Source: an uncultured Lachnospiraceae bacterium | GTDB lineage: Bacteria; Bacillota; Clostridia; Oscillospirales; CAG-272 | Direction of reading: 5' to 3' | Length of the DNA stretch: 38,154 nucleotides | Assembly: GCA_964472845.1 (NCBI GenBank) | Contig: CAYYND010000004.1 | Coordinates: 1-38,154, forward strand | In this document: piece after piece, positions 1-8,763 of the stretch | Layout: every line of letters starts with the position of its first letter | Position numbering within the stretch: the stretch's first letter is position 1 | The notes under the pieces: model-generated | What the model was told of the DNA's origin: nothing | Database searches by the model: none | What the model saw: only the letters and a program-made list of their open reading frames with translations | Position numbers and translations under genes: made by a program

Positions 1-25
1 CGACATAACGGAAGTTATGTTTTAT
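1..25. repeat. dif-like recombination site 1 (left arm truncated by the window edge)
   Basis: CGACATAA-CGGAAG-TTATGTTTTAT: inverted CATAA/TTATG arms around a 6-bp spacer, same spacer as site 2. Confidence 0.8.
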
Positions 26-28
26 CGC

Positions 29-56
29 CCATAACATAACGGAAGTTATGTTGTAT
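29..56. repeat. dif-like recombination site 2, direct repeat of site 1 (31-bp offset)
   Basis: CCATAACATAA-CGGAAG-TTATGTTGTAT, 11-6-11 layout. Confidence 0.85.
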
Positions 57-87
57 GCTTTAATCATGATTTTTATTTACATATGTT

Positions 88-116
88 ATCTTACCACAAT
101 TTATTCGATATGTCAA
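88..116 (-). promoter_or_regulatory. sigma-70/sigma-A promoter inside the putative invertible segment, firing leftward
   Basis: Minus strand reads TTGACA-17 bp-TAAGAT with an extended -10 TG. Confidence 0.8.
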
Positions 117-259
117 TAGGTTTTCTCGAAAAAGTCTAAATTCTTGGGCACAACAACAAAGCCCTTTGCTTTCATTTTTTGAAAAATCGGTGAAAGGTAT
201 TATTGTTGTACTTTTTTTTAGACTTACAGGACCTACTGCAAGCAGGCAAATGCGACTGT

Positions 260-287
260 TTACAACATAACTTCCGTTATGTTGTAT
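260..287. repeat. dif-like recombination site 3, inverted relative to sites 1 and 2
   Basis: TTACAACATAA-CTTCCG-TTATGTTGTAT; spacer CTTCCG is the reverse complement of CGGAAG. Confidence 0.85.
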
Positions 288-289
288 GA

Positions 290-319
290 GGTTCGGTGCA
301 GTCGCATCGAGCTTTTTTT
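290..319 (+). terminator. intrinsic terminator immediately outside site 3
   Basis: GGTTCGGTGC-AGTC-GCATCGAGCT stem with G-U pairs that form only on the + strand, followed by T7. Confidence 0.65.
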
Positions 320-322
320 GTT

Positions 323-1162
323 TTATACGACAAGCCGCATATGCTCCATTTTCCGGCGGTGTTCTGCGCCGGTGGTCACGATATAAATGCGTGTTGTGTT
401 GATATTCGTATGACCGAGAATGTCGGCAAGCTTGGCGATATCCTTTTCCATGCTGTAAAATGTACGGGCGAACAGGTGGCGCAGATTGTGTGGAAACACC
501 TTACTCGGTGCAACGCCGGCTTCCGCATACAGCGCTTTCATTTCACGCCAGATATTACAGCGATTCATCGGTTTTCCCGATCTCGTGATAAAGATTGCAC
601 CCGATGTGATGCGTTGCTCCTTGGCATAGCGCAGCAGCTTTTTCTGCAAGGCCGCTACGATAAAGATGGTGCGTGTTTTTCCTTTGCAGGACACGGTTGC
701 TTGGCCTTTCTGTACTGCTTCTGCAGTAATAAATGAAAGTTCGCTGACACGGATGCCCGTAGCGCAGATGGTCTGGATCAGCAAGGACAGTCTTTCGTTG
801 TGCTTTTGCTCCGCAGCATTGACCAATCGGCGGTATTCTTCTTTGGTCAGTTCTTTTTCCGCAGAGCAAAAAGCTTTTTTCTGCACCTTGAATTGCTTTA
901 CACATAAGTCATGCCACCCGCAGAAACGGAAAAAGCAGTTGAGCGCCGCCAGCATAGAATTGGCGCTTGCTACAGCATATTTTTCACCAAGCTGTTCTTT
1001 GTAGGAAAGCACCACCGCCTTGGTGATCTCACCATCCCCGGCATAATGGGCGAAGGTGTGAATATCGCGCATATATTTCTCCACCGTTACGGTGCTTTTC
1101 TCATCCTCGCACAAGTATTGTTTGAATTTTTCGGCTTTTTGATTTGAAAACATCCTTTTCAT
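323..1162 (-). CDS. tyrosine recombinase/integrase (XerC/D-like size, 279 aa)
   Basis: GIRVSEL, KGK, HNLRH, LGH and TTRIY motifs give the R-K-H-R-H-Y catalytic set; GGAGG RBS. Confidence 0.95.
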   Translation of the reverse strand: MKRMFSNQKAEKFKQYLCEDEKSTVTVEKYMRDIHTFAHYAGDGEITKAVVLSYKEQLGEKYAVASANSMLAALNCFFRFCGWHDLCVKQFKVQKKAFCSAEKELTKEEYRRLVNAAEQKHNERLSLLIQTICATGIRVSELSFITAEAVQKGQATVSCKGKTRTIFIVAALQKKLLRYAKEQRITSGAIFITRSGKPMNRCNIWREMKALYAEAGVAPSKVFPHNLRHLFARTFYSMEKDIAKLADILGHTNINTTRIYIVTTGAEHRRKMEHMRLVV

Positions 1163-1369
1163 CTTCAGTTCCTCCAGTTTTTTGATATTATTATTTTACA
1201 ATAAATCCATTAAAATTCCTTCGTACGGTAACGATCATTGAGAAACTGAGGATGTTATATATCAAGTCATAGAAAAAAACTGTCTTGCCTAACGCAAAAC
1301 AGGGGCGGATACGGTCTGAGAGCGGCAAAGCTACCCAAAACAATAACCTAAATTCAAACTCCAATAGGC

Positions 1370-1411
1370 AAAAAAATCGAGTGGTCATCACTTTCGTTAT
1401 GACCACTCGAT
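1370..1411 (-). terminator. tRNA-Pro terminator
   Basis: ATCGAGTGGTCAT/ATGACCACTCGAT inverted repeat with a U-tract on the minus strand. Confidence 0.8.
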
Positions 1412-1412
1412 G

Positions 1413-1488
1413 TGGTCGGAATGACAGGATTTGAACCTGCGACATCCTGCTCCCAAAGCAGGCGCGCTACCAACTGCGCTACATCCCG
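1413..1488 (-). tRNA. tRNA-Pro(TGG)
   Basis: CGGGATGTAGCGCAG...CCTGC-TTTGGGA-GCAGG...GGTTCAAATCC...CCGACCA; 76 nt with encoded CCA. Confidence 0.97.
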
Positions 1489-1542
1489 ATACGGTATCAT
1501 ATGCAATTGTGTTCGGCAGATCATCGATCTCAAGACGGCTAT

Positions 1543-1571
1543 ATTATACAACACTCTCGTGATTTTGTCAA
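1543..1571 (-). promoter_or_regulatory. tRNA-Pro promoter
   Basis: TTGACA-17-TATAAT on the minus strand. Confidence 0.8.
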
Positions 1572-1627
1572 GTGCTGTTTTCCTCATTTATCTTCATAAT
1601 AGACTTTGTCTTTTCATTCAACTATAA

Positions 1628-1670
1628 TCGACTGCCGCCGCGAAGTTTTTGTCCCCCGCGGCGGTCAATC
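1628..1670 (-). terminator. hairpin downstream of the large surface-protein gene
   Basis: CCGCCGCG...CGCGGCGG stem; U-tract weak. Confidence 0.5.
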
Positions 1671-1739
1671 GTTTTATGATTTTTTGGGATTTCTTATATT
1701 CCGTATTTTGCATCGGCTTTAAGCCTGATCGGGTATATT

Positions 1740-4700
1740 TTAAAATGTTCCGCGAGCTGTAAGCTTGACCGTGCCCATAAGGCTCGGCTTTTCCGCGAGC
1801 GGCGTTTCGGTATTACCGTCGCCTACGGTGAACCAGCTCCATCCACTGAACAGCTTGCCCCCCGGAACGGTCATCTCGGGTTCCGAGATCTCCTCTCCCT
1901 CTTTCAACCGTACTGTTGTTAAGATCTCACCGTCAACGTAGTAATCGATCTCAAACAGGACCGTCTTCGTGTCCCAGATCGCCGATACTGTAAGATCCCC
2001 CGTGAAGGTTTGAGGTATCACGTTATCCCAAGCCGAGAAGAATTTCATATTGACGTTATCGTAGACCGTTTCGTCGGTTGGTTTGGTGGGAAGTCGGCTC
2101 AGATGCTCGCCTTCCTTTCCCGATATGGTGAAATATCTGCTTCCGTTGAGGAATTTGCCGTTCTCGCCCGCATCGAAGGTTACCGTATATACCGTCTCGC
2201 CATCTGCCTGCCAAACCGCGGTAAATGTGGCGTTCTGAGTGGGGGTGATCGTGTCGGTAAGCCTGAAGAGCTCGCCGCTCTCGTTTGCAAATCCGAGGAA
2301 AGCCGACTTGTGAACGGGGGGAATAACGGTCTCAAAGCTGAATTGCGCGTCGTCTGCCGGAATGAACACCTCAAGCTTCTCGCCCTTTGCTCCGAGCGGC
2401 TGATCGCCAAAGCTGCCGCCGTTCGCATCGAGGGTCAAATGTATGAATTTTTTCCAAACGTAGGTTACTGCGATACTGCTGTTTTCGGGATCCTCCTTGA
2501 GCTCGGCACTCGTGCAACGCCAGAAGAAGTTTTCCTCGTCAAGCGCGGTCGGAAGATTGGATGTATATATTGCTTTCAGCGTTTCGGCTTCGTTATACGT
2601 AACGTTGAAGAACAGCTCCTTCTCGGCACTTTGATAGATCGTGCCGTGATCTGTCTTTACTGTAACCGAATACTGCCTTTCCGTGCGCTCATATACCGCA
2701 ACGAGAGTAGCGGAGTGACGCGGGGTATATGCCGATCCGAGCGCGTAGAACTTGTCGCCGTTTGAGGCATCTCTCCAGCCTACAAATTTATATTCGTAGC
2801 TTGAGCTGCCGTCCATCACGGGCGTGTCGATGTAAAGCATCGAGAAATAGATATCGTAATTTGCGGCGATCTTTTTGGTCACGGTCTTTTGACCGCCTAT
2901 CGTTCCGTCGCCCGCATCGAATGTAAGAGTCACATAACGCCTGAATACGGGGCGTATAAACATTTTTTGGCTTACCCTCATATCCGAAATATTGGGTGCC
3001 GCAAACCAAAGCTCGTCGTCCCACGAAAGCTCCCAATAAAGGAATTCATAGCTTTCTCCCGCGCCCACTTGCGGAGCGGAAGGTGTAAGCTTTGAGAGAA
3101 GGTCGGTTATTTTGTCGCCCGACGTTGCGCTAAATGAGGTTTTGCTTCCGTATACGCCGTTTCCTTGATATTCGTAGGTGTAGACGTTCACAGATTCGCT
3201 TGAATATATCGCGGTGTAAGTCTGAGCTCCCATAACAGCGGGAAGCGCCGTTCCGATCTTGTAATCGACCTTTCCGTCTCCGTTCGAGTCCCAACCGACG
3301 AAACGACTGTAACTGTTTTCGATCACCTTGGCATACGGTGTTGCGTCAAAGCCTTGCCTTACATTGTAGGTTGCTTCGATCTTTTTGCCGTTGTCATCGG
3401 TATAAACGAAGGTGACGGGGAATGTGTCGGAGGCATACTGCGCGATGTAACAGCCGGCGCCCATATTTACTGCATTTTCGTATATTGCGGCAAGCACATC
3501 GCTTTGAGTGCCCGAAGCCATCTCAACCGTCTCGTTTGATCCGTAACCGTACACTATGCCGCGTCGCTCGCTGCTCAGCGAATTTTTGAATATGTCACTG
3601 CTTATCTTTCGTATGCCGCGATAGCTGCGGAGCGATGGAATGGCAGCGTTGGTGCCGCGTATAGCTTGCCAACCCGTAAAGCTCATATTTTCGTAGCCGC
3701 TTTCGGAATTTTCGGGCGCGATCGGCAATGAGCCGAGATCGACCGCCAATACCTTGCCGATCCATTGCTCTCCGTCAAAGTAGATGAATGCGACGACGGT
3801 CTGCTTTTTCTTGGCTTTGAATGTAAACACGGTATCACGCATTATCGTTTCATTTTCGGGATCCTTGTCCCAGCCGTCCGTGGTCGTGTAGTATTTGGAT
3901 ATCGACGACATATCGAATGCGCCGACCTTTTCTCCGACCACGACGCTTCGCTCGCCGACGGTTATGACCTCGCTGCCCGTGTCCACCTTGAATGTAGCGG
4001 TCACGGTGTTGCCGAGTCCGAGCGAGCCGTAGTTAAATCCCGGACGTACCCAAACGAGTGTTGAGATCTCGCGCCTGCGGTATGGATCCGCCAAAAATTC
4101 TTCGACAGAGGAATATTTCGGCTTCTTGTCGGTAGAGGTTGAAAAGAGCCCTTTGTGTTCTTCGTCCTCGGTCTTTTCGTCCTCGGCGCGTTTCTTTTGC
4201 GCGTAGGGGAATATGTTCGATCCCGTGTAATAAACGTCCATCTCGCAGGACAGCGTGTTCGTTTCGGCTGACAGCCCGTCGCTGAACATACCGAGCAAGA
4301 GGGAATTTATCTTTACGTATCCCGTGGCCTTGTCGTAGGTGAAGTATCTGCTTGAAAATCTGACCTCGATCAGATCCGACGGAATGAAGTTTCCTTTCAA
4401 GGTCTCGCCCGTTGTTATATCGATGTAATTTCCCGAGAGCAGAGGCACCGAATTGAAGTCGGAATAAACGCCGTCACGGCTCTCCGAGAGCACGTTGCCG
4501 TCGGAAAGATAGGTATTCTTTATGTTGTTGTTGACCGATACCAATATGCGCTTGTCCCCACCCTTGAATATGGGCTTTATTGAATTGTGACCCGTCGAAG
4601 GGCTTCCGCTTGCGTGATCTTTAAAATATTCCGACTCCGCAAACGTGCTTACCGCAAGATAACTTCCGATCTCGGCGTAAGCCGCACCGTTAGCCCTTGC

Positions 4701-6683
4701 ATCTTCGGATTGCTCCCTGTATGCGTTGATGTGAGAGTAGCCGTAGATATCGGCGTATATGCCCGTTTTAAATTCCATACCTACCGTACCGAGCCTTTTA
4801 AATGCGTCGGCTATCATTGACAGCTTGGCATCGACTCCCGATCTGATGCCCATATATCCCGACGAGTAGGAGTCCATATAGAATTTATCCGAATAGGAGG
4901 TAATGGGATTTCTGTACGCCTTTAACTCGCCTGTCTGAGTGTTTGCGCTGAGACCGACCTCGACCGCGTCAAGCACGGTTATATTCGAATCGGATGAAAA
5001 GCTTCCGAAATTGACAGAGAATGAATAATCGAGCTCGAACTTTGCGTTGAACAGACACAGCTCCTTTGTCGGAGAGAATGTGCCCTTGAGCAAGGGTACA
5101 TTCAAAAGCTCTACGGGCTCGGTCTTGCCCTTGAGCGTAGCTGTCAGCTCAGCAAGTGCCTCGTCGCTTGAAATGTTCGTATTCCCCGAAAGGATGCCGC
5201 TTATCTGCTCCGTGATATCGACTCCGTTTTTGGTTGCGTGCAGACTCATATCTGTCTCGGAATAGATATCTATTGCATAATTGAGCGCGTTTTTCTCGCT
5301 GTCGCAGTTGTAAGTCCCTTTGAGTATCGCCTTTACGTAGTATGTGATAGTGATATCAGCCTTTACGGTATCGCCGTTTTGCAGCTTGGCGTCGTAATTC
5401 AACGTCAGCTTGAGCGCGACCCATTCGTTTTCGTCAACACCGGGGAAGTTGGGGTTCTTTGCCTCGGCAAGGATGGCGTTTACTGTAAGTCCGTCGGTCA
5501 GGCTGTCCACCGTGTACTCAAATTCATTGAATATCTCGGCGGCGGAAGAGAAGGAATTGCTTCCGATGTCCGACGGGATCTCGGGCGAAGATACGTCCGC
5601 ATCGGTTTTCGATTCAACGTTTGAATTTGTGTTTGATCTGTTGTCGGATATGAGCGCGGCGGCGACCGCCTCTGTAAGACTGTTGATCCCGTTTCCGTTG
5701 AGAATGCTGTTGCTGATATCGGGCGCGTTCACGATGAGATATTCGGGCTTTGAAATGACCTCGTATATGGTATCGTTGAGAGCGGTGACAACATCATTGA
5801 CCGAACATTCGCTCGCCGAAATAAAGCATACCGTGTCCTGCCTTGAAAGGCTGTCTATCTTTATGAAAGAGGTGTTCGGGGCATTGGCACCGACGCCGTC
5901 GCCAAGACAAACTATACTGCCCTCGGCGATCTTTTTCTGGTCTGCGACGGATACGGGAATGACAAAATGGAGATCGTCGTTCTTGAAGGTTATGTTTTCT
6001 CTCGAAAGATATTTGATCCCCGAATTCAGCGCGATCTCGCCTTGATTGAAATCCGCGTTCGATATCGTCACGGTCAGCATATTCACGTTCGCGCCGTAGT
6101 CGAGGAAGGCGACATCGTCGCGGCAAAGCGTGAAGCGAATGACGGCTCCCGCTTCGTAGCTGCTCTCGGGGGATACAGTATATCCGTTTCCGTCCGAGGT
6201 GACCTTGAGAGAGGGAAGCGTGCCGAACAGAGCCTCGACCTCTATGTAATCGGAAAGATTGAGCGAGGTTATGCGCGCATCGGAACGCAGCGAAAACCCA
6301 AAGCTTTTCTCGCCCGACGAAACATATGCGCTGTCGGGAGAATAGAAAGAGCAGTTGCTTTTGGAGTCAACGTAATTTGCATAGAGAGTTATGTTTTTGT
6401 CGATGGGATCGTTGCGATAAAAGGGCTGTGTGCGCTCGGCGTCCGTACACCAACCGACAAATATGAGTCCGTCCTTTTCGGCGTAGGGCTCGGCGGACAG
6501 AGTTGCACCCATAACTACCCGTACGGGAAGTACTTCCTTGCCTCCGTCAGTGTCAAAAGAGACCGTGACGTATTGGACAGGCTCCTTGTAGATGAACAGC
6601 CGCACTATCGACATAGCACCGATAAGGCAAGCCATAGCCGCCACAACAAATATGATCTTAAAAGCCAAGGTATTCTTTTTCAT
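1740..6683 (-). CDS. large surface/secreted protein with InlB B-repeat (Listeria-Bacteroides repeat)-like domains, 1647 aa
   Basis: N-terminal hydrophobic anchor; repeated VTFDAG/GG...F.GW...T..A.W/Y units, one near the N-terminus and many in the C-terminal part. Confidence 0.8.
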   Translation of the reverse strand: MKKNTLAFKIIFVVAAMACLIGAMSIVRLFIYKEPVQYVTVSFDTDGGKEVLPVRVVMGATLSAEPYAEKDGLIFVGWCTDAERTQPFYRNDPIDKNITLYANYVDSKSNCSFYSPDSAYVSSGEKSFGFSLRSDARITSLNLSDYIEVEALFGTLPSLKVTSDGNGYTVSPESSYEAGAVIRFTLCRDDVAFLDYGANVNMLTVTISNADFNQGEIALNSGIKYLSRENITFKNDDLHFVIPVSVADQKKIAEGSIVCLGDGVGANAPNTSFIKIDSLSRQDTVCFISASECSVNDVVTALNDTIYEVISKPEYLIVNAPDISNSILNGNGINSLTEAVAAALISDNRSNTNSNVESKTDADVSSPEIPSDIGSNSFSSAAEIFNEFEYTVDSLTDGLTVNAILAEAKNPNFPGVDENEWVALKLTLNYDAKLQNGDTVKADITITYYVKAILKGTYNCDSEKNALNYAIDIYSETDMSLHATKNGVDITEQISGILSGNTNISSDEALAELTATLKGKTEPVELLNVPLLKGTFSPTKELCLFNAKFELDYSFSVNFGSFSSDSNITVLDAVEVGLSANTQTGELKAYRNPITSYSDKFYMDSYSSGYMGIRSGVDAKLSMIADAFKRLGTVGMEFKTGIYADIYGYSHINAYREQSEDARANGAAYAEIGSYLAVSTFAESEYFKDHASGSPSTGHNSIKPIFKGGDKRILVSVNNNIKNTYLSDGNVLSESRDGVYSDFNSVPLLSGNYIDITTGETLKGNFIPSDLIEVRFSSRYFTYDKATGYVKINSLLLGMFSDGLSAETNTLSCEMDVYYTGSNIFPYAQKKRAEDEKTEDEEHKGLFSTSTDKKPKYSSVEEFLADPYRRREISTLVWVRPGFNYGSLGLGNTVTATFKVDTGSEVITVGERSVVVGEKVGAFDMSSISKYYTTTDGWDKDPENETIMRDTVFTFKAKKKQTVVAFIYFDGEQWIGKVLAVDLGSLPIAPENSESGYENMSFTGWQAIRGTNAAIPSLRSYRGIRKISSDIFKNSLSSERRGIVYGYGSNETVEMASGTQSDVLAAIYENAVNMGAGCYIAQYASDTFPVTFVYTDDNGKKIEATYNVRQGFDATPYAKVIENSYSRFVGWDSNGDGKVDYKIGTALPAVMGAQTYTAIYSSESVNVYTYEYQGNGVYGSKTSFSATSGDKITDLLSKLTPSAPQVGAGESYEFLYWELSWDDELWFAAPNISDMRVSQKMFIRPVFRRYVTLTFDAGDGTIGGQKTVTKKIAANYDIYFSMLYIDTPVMDGSSSYEYKFVGWRDASNGDKFYALGSAYTPRHSATLVAVYERTERQYSVTVKTDHGTIYQSAEKELFFNVTYNEAETLKAIYTSNLPTALDEENFFWRCTSAELKEDPENSSIAVTYVWKKFIHLTLDANGGSFGDQPLGAKGEKLEVFIPADDAQFSFETVIPPVHKSAFLGFANESGELFRLTDTITPTQNATFTAVWQADGETVYTVTFDAGENGKFLNGSRYFTISGKEGEHLSRLPTKPTDETVYDNVNMKFFSAWDNVIPQTFTGDLTVSAIWDTKTVLFEIDYYVDGEILTTVRLKEGEEISEPEMTVPGGKLFSGWSWFTVGDGNTETPLAEKPSLMGTVKLTARGTF

Positions 6684-7039
6684 AAACCCGAAGCGCTCCT
6701 CCCCGCAAATCTATATATCAATATCAAATGCGCCGACCGAAAGCTTTGTGCTCCGATCGTACGGTAAACAGATATTATCATCCTATCATAATGATAACAC
6801 AAAATCAAACATAAATCAATAGTTTTTTTGCTCCAAAGACACGATTTCTAAAAATTCGATTTTTTATCACGCAGGGGTCACATTAAGGCAAAAAGGTGTC
6901 GTGAAAGCATCTCGGCACGGGAGTTTTCGATATTGTGAGCGCTTCTGCGGCGTGCCAAAAGCATATGGAAAATATCAACAATATTCACCAAATCAAATTG
7001 TGAATAACGACGTTTTTTGCAAAAAGTCGTTAAAGCCTA

Positions 7040-7067
7040 TTGATTTTTAATGGCAATATGTTACAAT
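7040..7067 (+). promoter_or_regulatory. promoter of the small-protein/ABC operon
   Basis: TTGATT-16-TACAAT with extended -10 TG. Confidence 0.5.
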
Positions 7068-7096
7068 CAAGGTAATGATACAAGGAGGTGTTTGAT

Positions 7097-7553
7097 ATGA
7101 CTCAAGCGTGTTCTGATACACCACCGAGAAATTTGATGTGCTCGACATGTGTTTCGATAATGTCGATATTTGTTTCGGCGGACGACGATGATTCTTTGCC
7201 ACTGGTGGAGTCGGTGACCGCAATACATTATGTGCCGTTTGAGGATGATTATTCGGAAGTTAGCCATAGCATACTTACCATGACTTACAAAAAAAGGTGG
7301 ACTGTTTACAAATGCTAAGGCAACTTCTTCGGTGCCGGGATATCCGCGACTGTGCAATTACGTTTACGTGGATATGGTAAATACCGATCAAGAATATCAT
7401 TGTACATCGGATGAAGTATACGGTTCTGCGGCATCTGTTAGCGTTACGGGCTCTACCGATGTTGCAATCGAGACCTGTCACTTCTGCGCAGTTTCAGATT
7501 CATATACATATGACATTCTGTATGAGATACGTGTTGATAAATCGGATCATTAA
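7097..7553 (+). pseudogene. small Cys-containing, possibly secreted protein (~151 aa) split by a frameshift in an A7 tract at 7289-7295
   Basis: AGGAGG RBS at 7083-7088 and ATG at 7097; removing one A joins ORF 7097-7318 to the frame ending at 7553 (...YKKGGLFTNAKATSSVPGYP...). Confidence 0.6.
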
Positions 7554-7604
7554 CTGTATAATTACATAGAATGGATAGTAAATTATAGACTTTGGGGAGG
7601 CTGT

Positions 7605-8750
7605 ATGAAATCTTTTACTTTGATATTTGACGGTATTGCAGAAAAATACAGGCGAAGTAAGGTGCTTTTCATCCTTATGATCGTCGGTATACTTGTAAGC
7701 GATTTTATGATGATATACTTCTACGGAAATTACAACGCTTATCTCGATTCTACCGTTAGCGGGATATCCGGAAGGACATATCACGCAGACAACAATCTCA
7801 AGCTGACTATTGAAGAAATAGACAAATTGGATTTCTCCGAGTATGACGTGCAGACATATGGCCTCTTTTGCGGTTGGAGCAATTACAACGGAGAAGATTC
7901 CCCCATAGCATATATCGACAACGGTAACGGAAGCATCCAGGCCATAGCATACTCATCGTCTTCCGGGCGCAAGAGCTTGAGTATACAAGCATGCAAGAAT
8001 GATGTATTCTACGCTCTCCCGTTTGTAGGTAAGGTGGACTTTTCGGGCGAAACAGACCCCTACGTCGCGATACTTCCGTGTACAGACGTTACAAAAGCCT
8101 TGAAATATGACGGCGAGACCGACTCGTACGGAACCGTTTACATAAGCGAAAAGCCGTATAAAATAATCGGAGTAAGCACCAACCTATACTCGCTTTTTAT
8201 ACCGTATGAGACCTTCATTCAGGAAGGGTATGAGGCGACAAGAGTCGAGTACGTTACCAATAGCGTATTATCGCTCAAGCAAAGCGACAAATTCGAGAGT
8301 GAGATATATGACACATTCGGCTCGGACCCTAAAACAGCTCCTTACGACAAATACAAGAGCACCGAATCCGAATACAAGGTCTACGTGTCCTTGATCTTTA
8401 TTGCTTATGCCGTGTCGCTTATCTCGTTCGCTTTCTTTATGAGCTATTTTACCGAGCTCGGAAAGCGCACCACGTCCATATATTCGCTCTGCGGAGCCGG
8501 CAAGCTGTATCTTATGGCAAATACCCTGGCTCAAAACCTCTTGCTTACGGTCTCGGGGTGTGTCGTTGCACTGATATTTAACCTTGTTTTCGGTAATCTC
8601 ATAAACTTTTTGCCGAGCGTCAGCTATTCGCTGAGAGATGCCGTGGTTATGCTTGCGTCGGTCGTTTTGGCGACAGTAATAATGTCGGTACCGTCTGTGT
8701 TGAAGGTCAGACGTGCAGAGGCAAAGGACCTTTGCCGTGCGGCTGTGTAA
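7605..8750 (+). CDS. ABC transporter permease, FtsX/MacB-like
   Basis: N-terminal TM, large extracellular domain, three C-terminal TMs with a IYSLCGA motif; GGAGG RBS. Confidence 0.75.
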   Translation: MKSFTLIFDGIAEKYRRSKVLFILMIVGILVSDFMMIYFYGNYNAYLDSTVSGISGRTYHADNNLKLTIEEIDKLDFSEYDVQTYGLFCGWSNYNGEDSPIAYIDNGNGSIQAIAYSSSSGRKSLSIQACKNDVFYALPFVGKVDFSGETDPYVAILPCTDVTKALKYDGETDSYGTVYISEKPYKIIGVSTNLYSLFIPYETFIQEGYEATRVEYVTNSVLSLKQSDKFESEIYDTFGSDPKTAPYDKYKSTESEYKVYVSLIFIAYAVSLISFAFFMSYFTELGKRTTSIYSLCGAGKLYLMANTLAQNLLLTVSGCVVALIFNLVFGNLINFLPSVSYSLRDAVVMLASVVLATVIMSVPSVLKVRRAEAKDLCRAAV

Positions 8751-8763
8751 GGAGGTGGATCGT

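Noticed and set aside
1-56. CRISPR array end
   Set aside because: 31-bp period leaves no spacer-sized gap, an inverted copy exists, and there are no cas genes in the window
1-287. The chromosomal dif site
   Set aside because: Three clustered copies in both orientations with symmetric arms do not fit a single asymmetric XerC/XerD dif; a local recombinase explains them better
296-1147. Plus-strand ORFs over the recombinase
   Set aside because: Antisense shadows with no RBS or recognisable motifs
1191-1627. Short ORFs overlapping tRNA-Pro
   Set aside because: They overlap a clear tRNA, its promoter and its terminator
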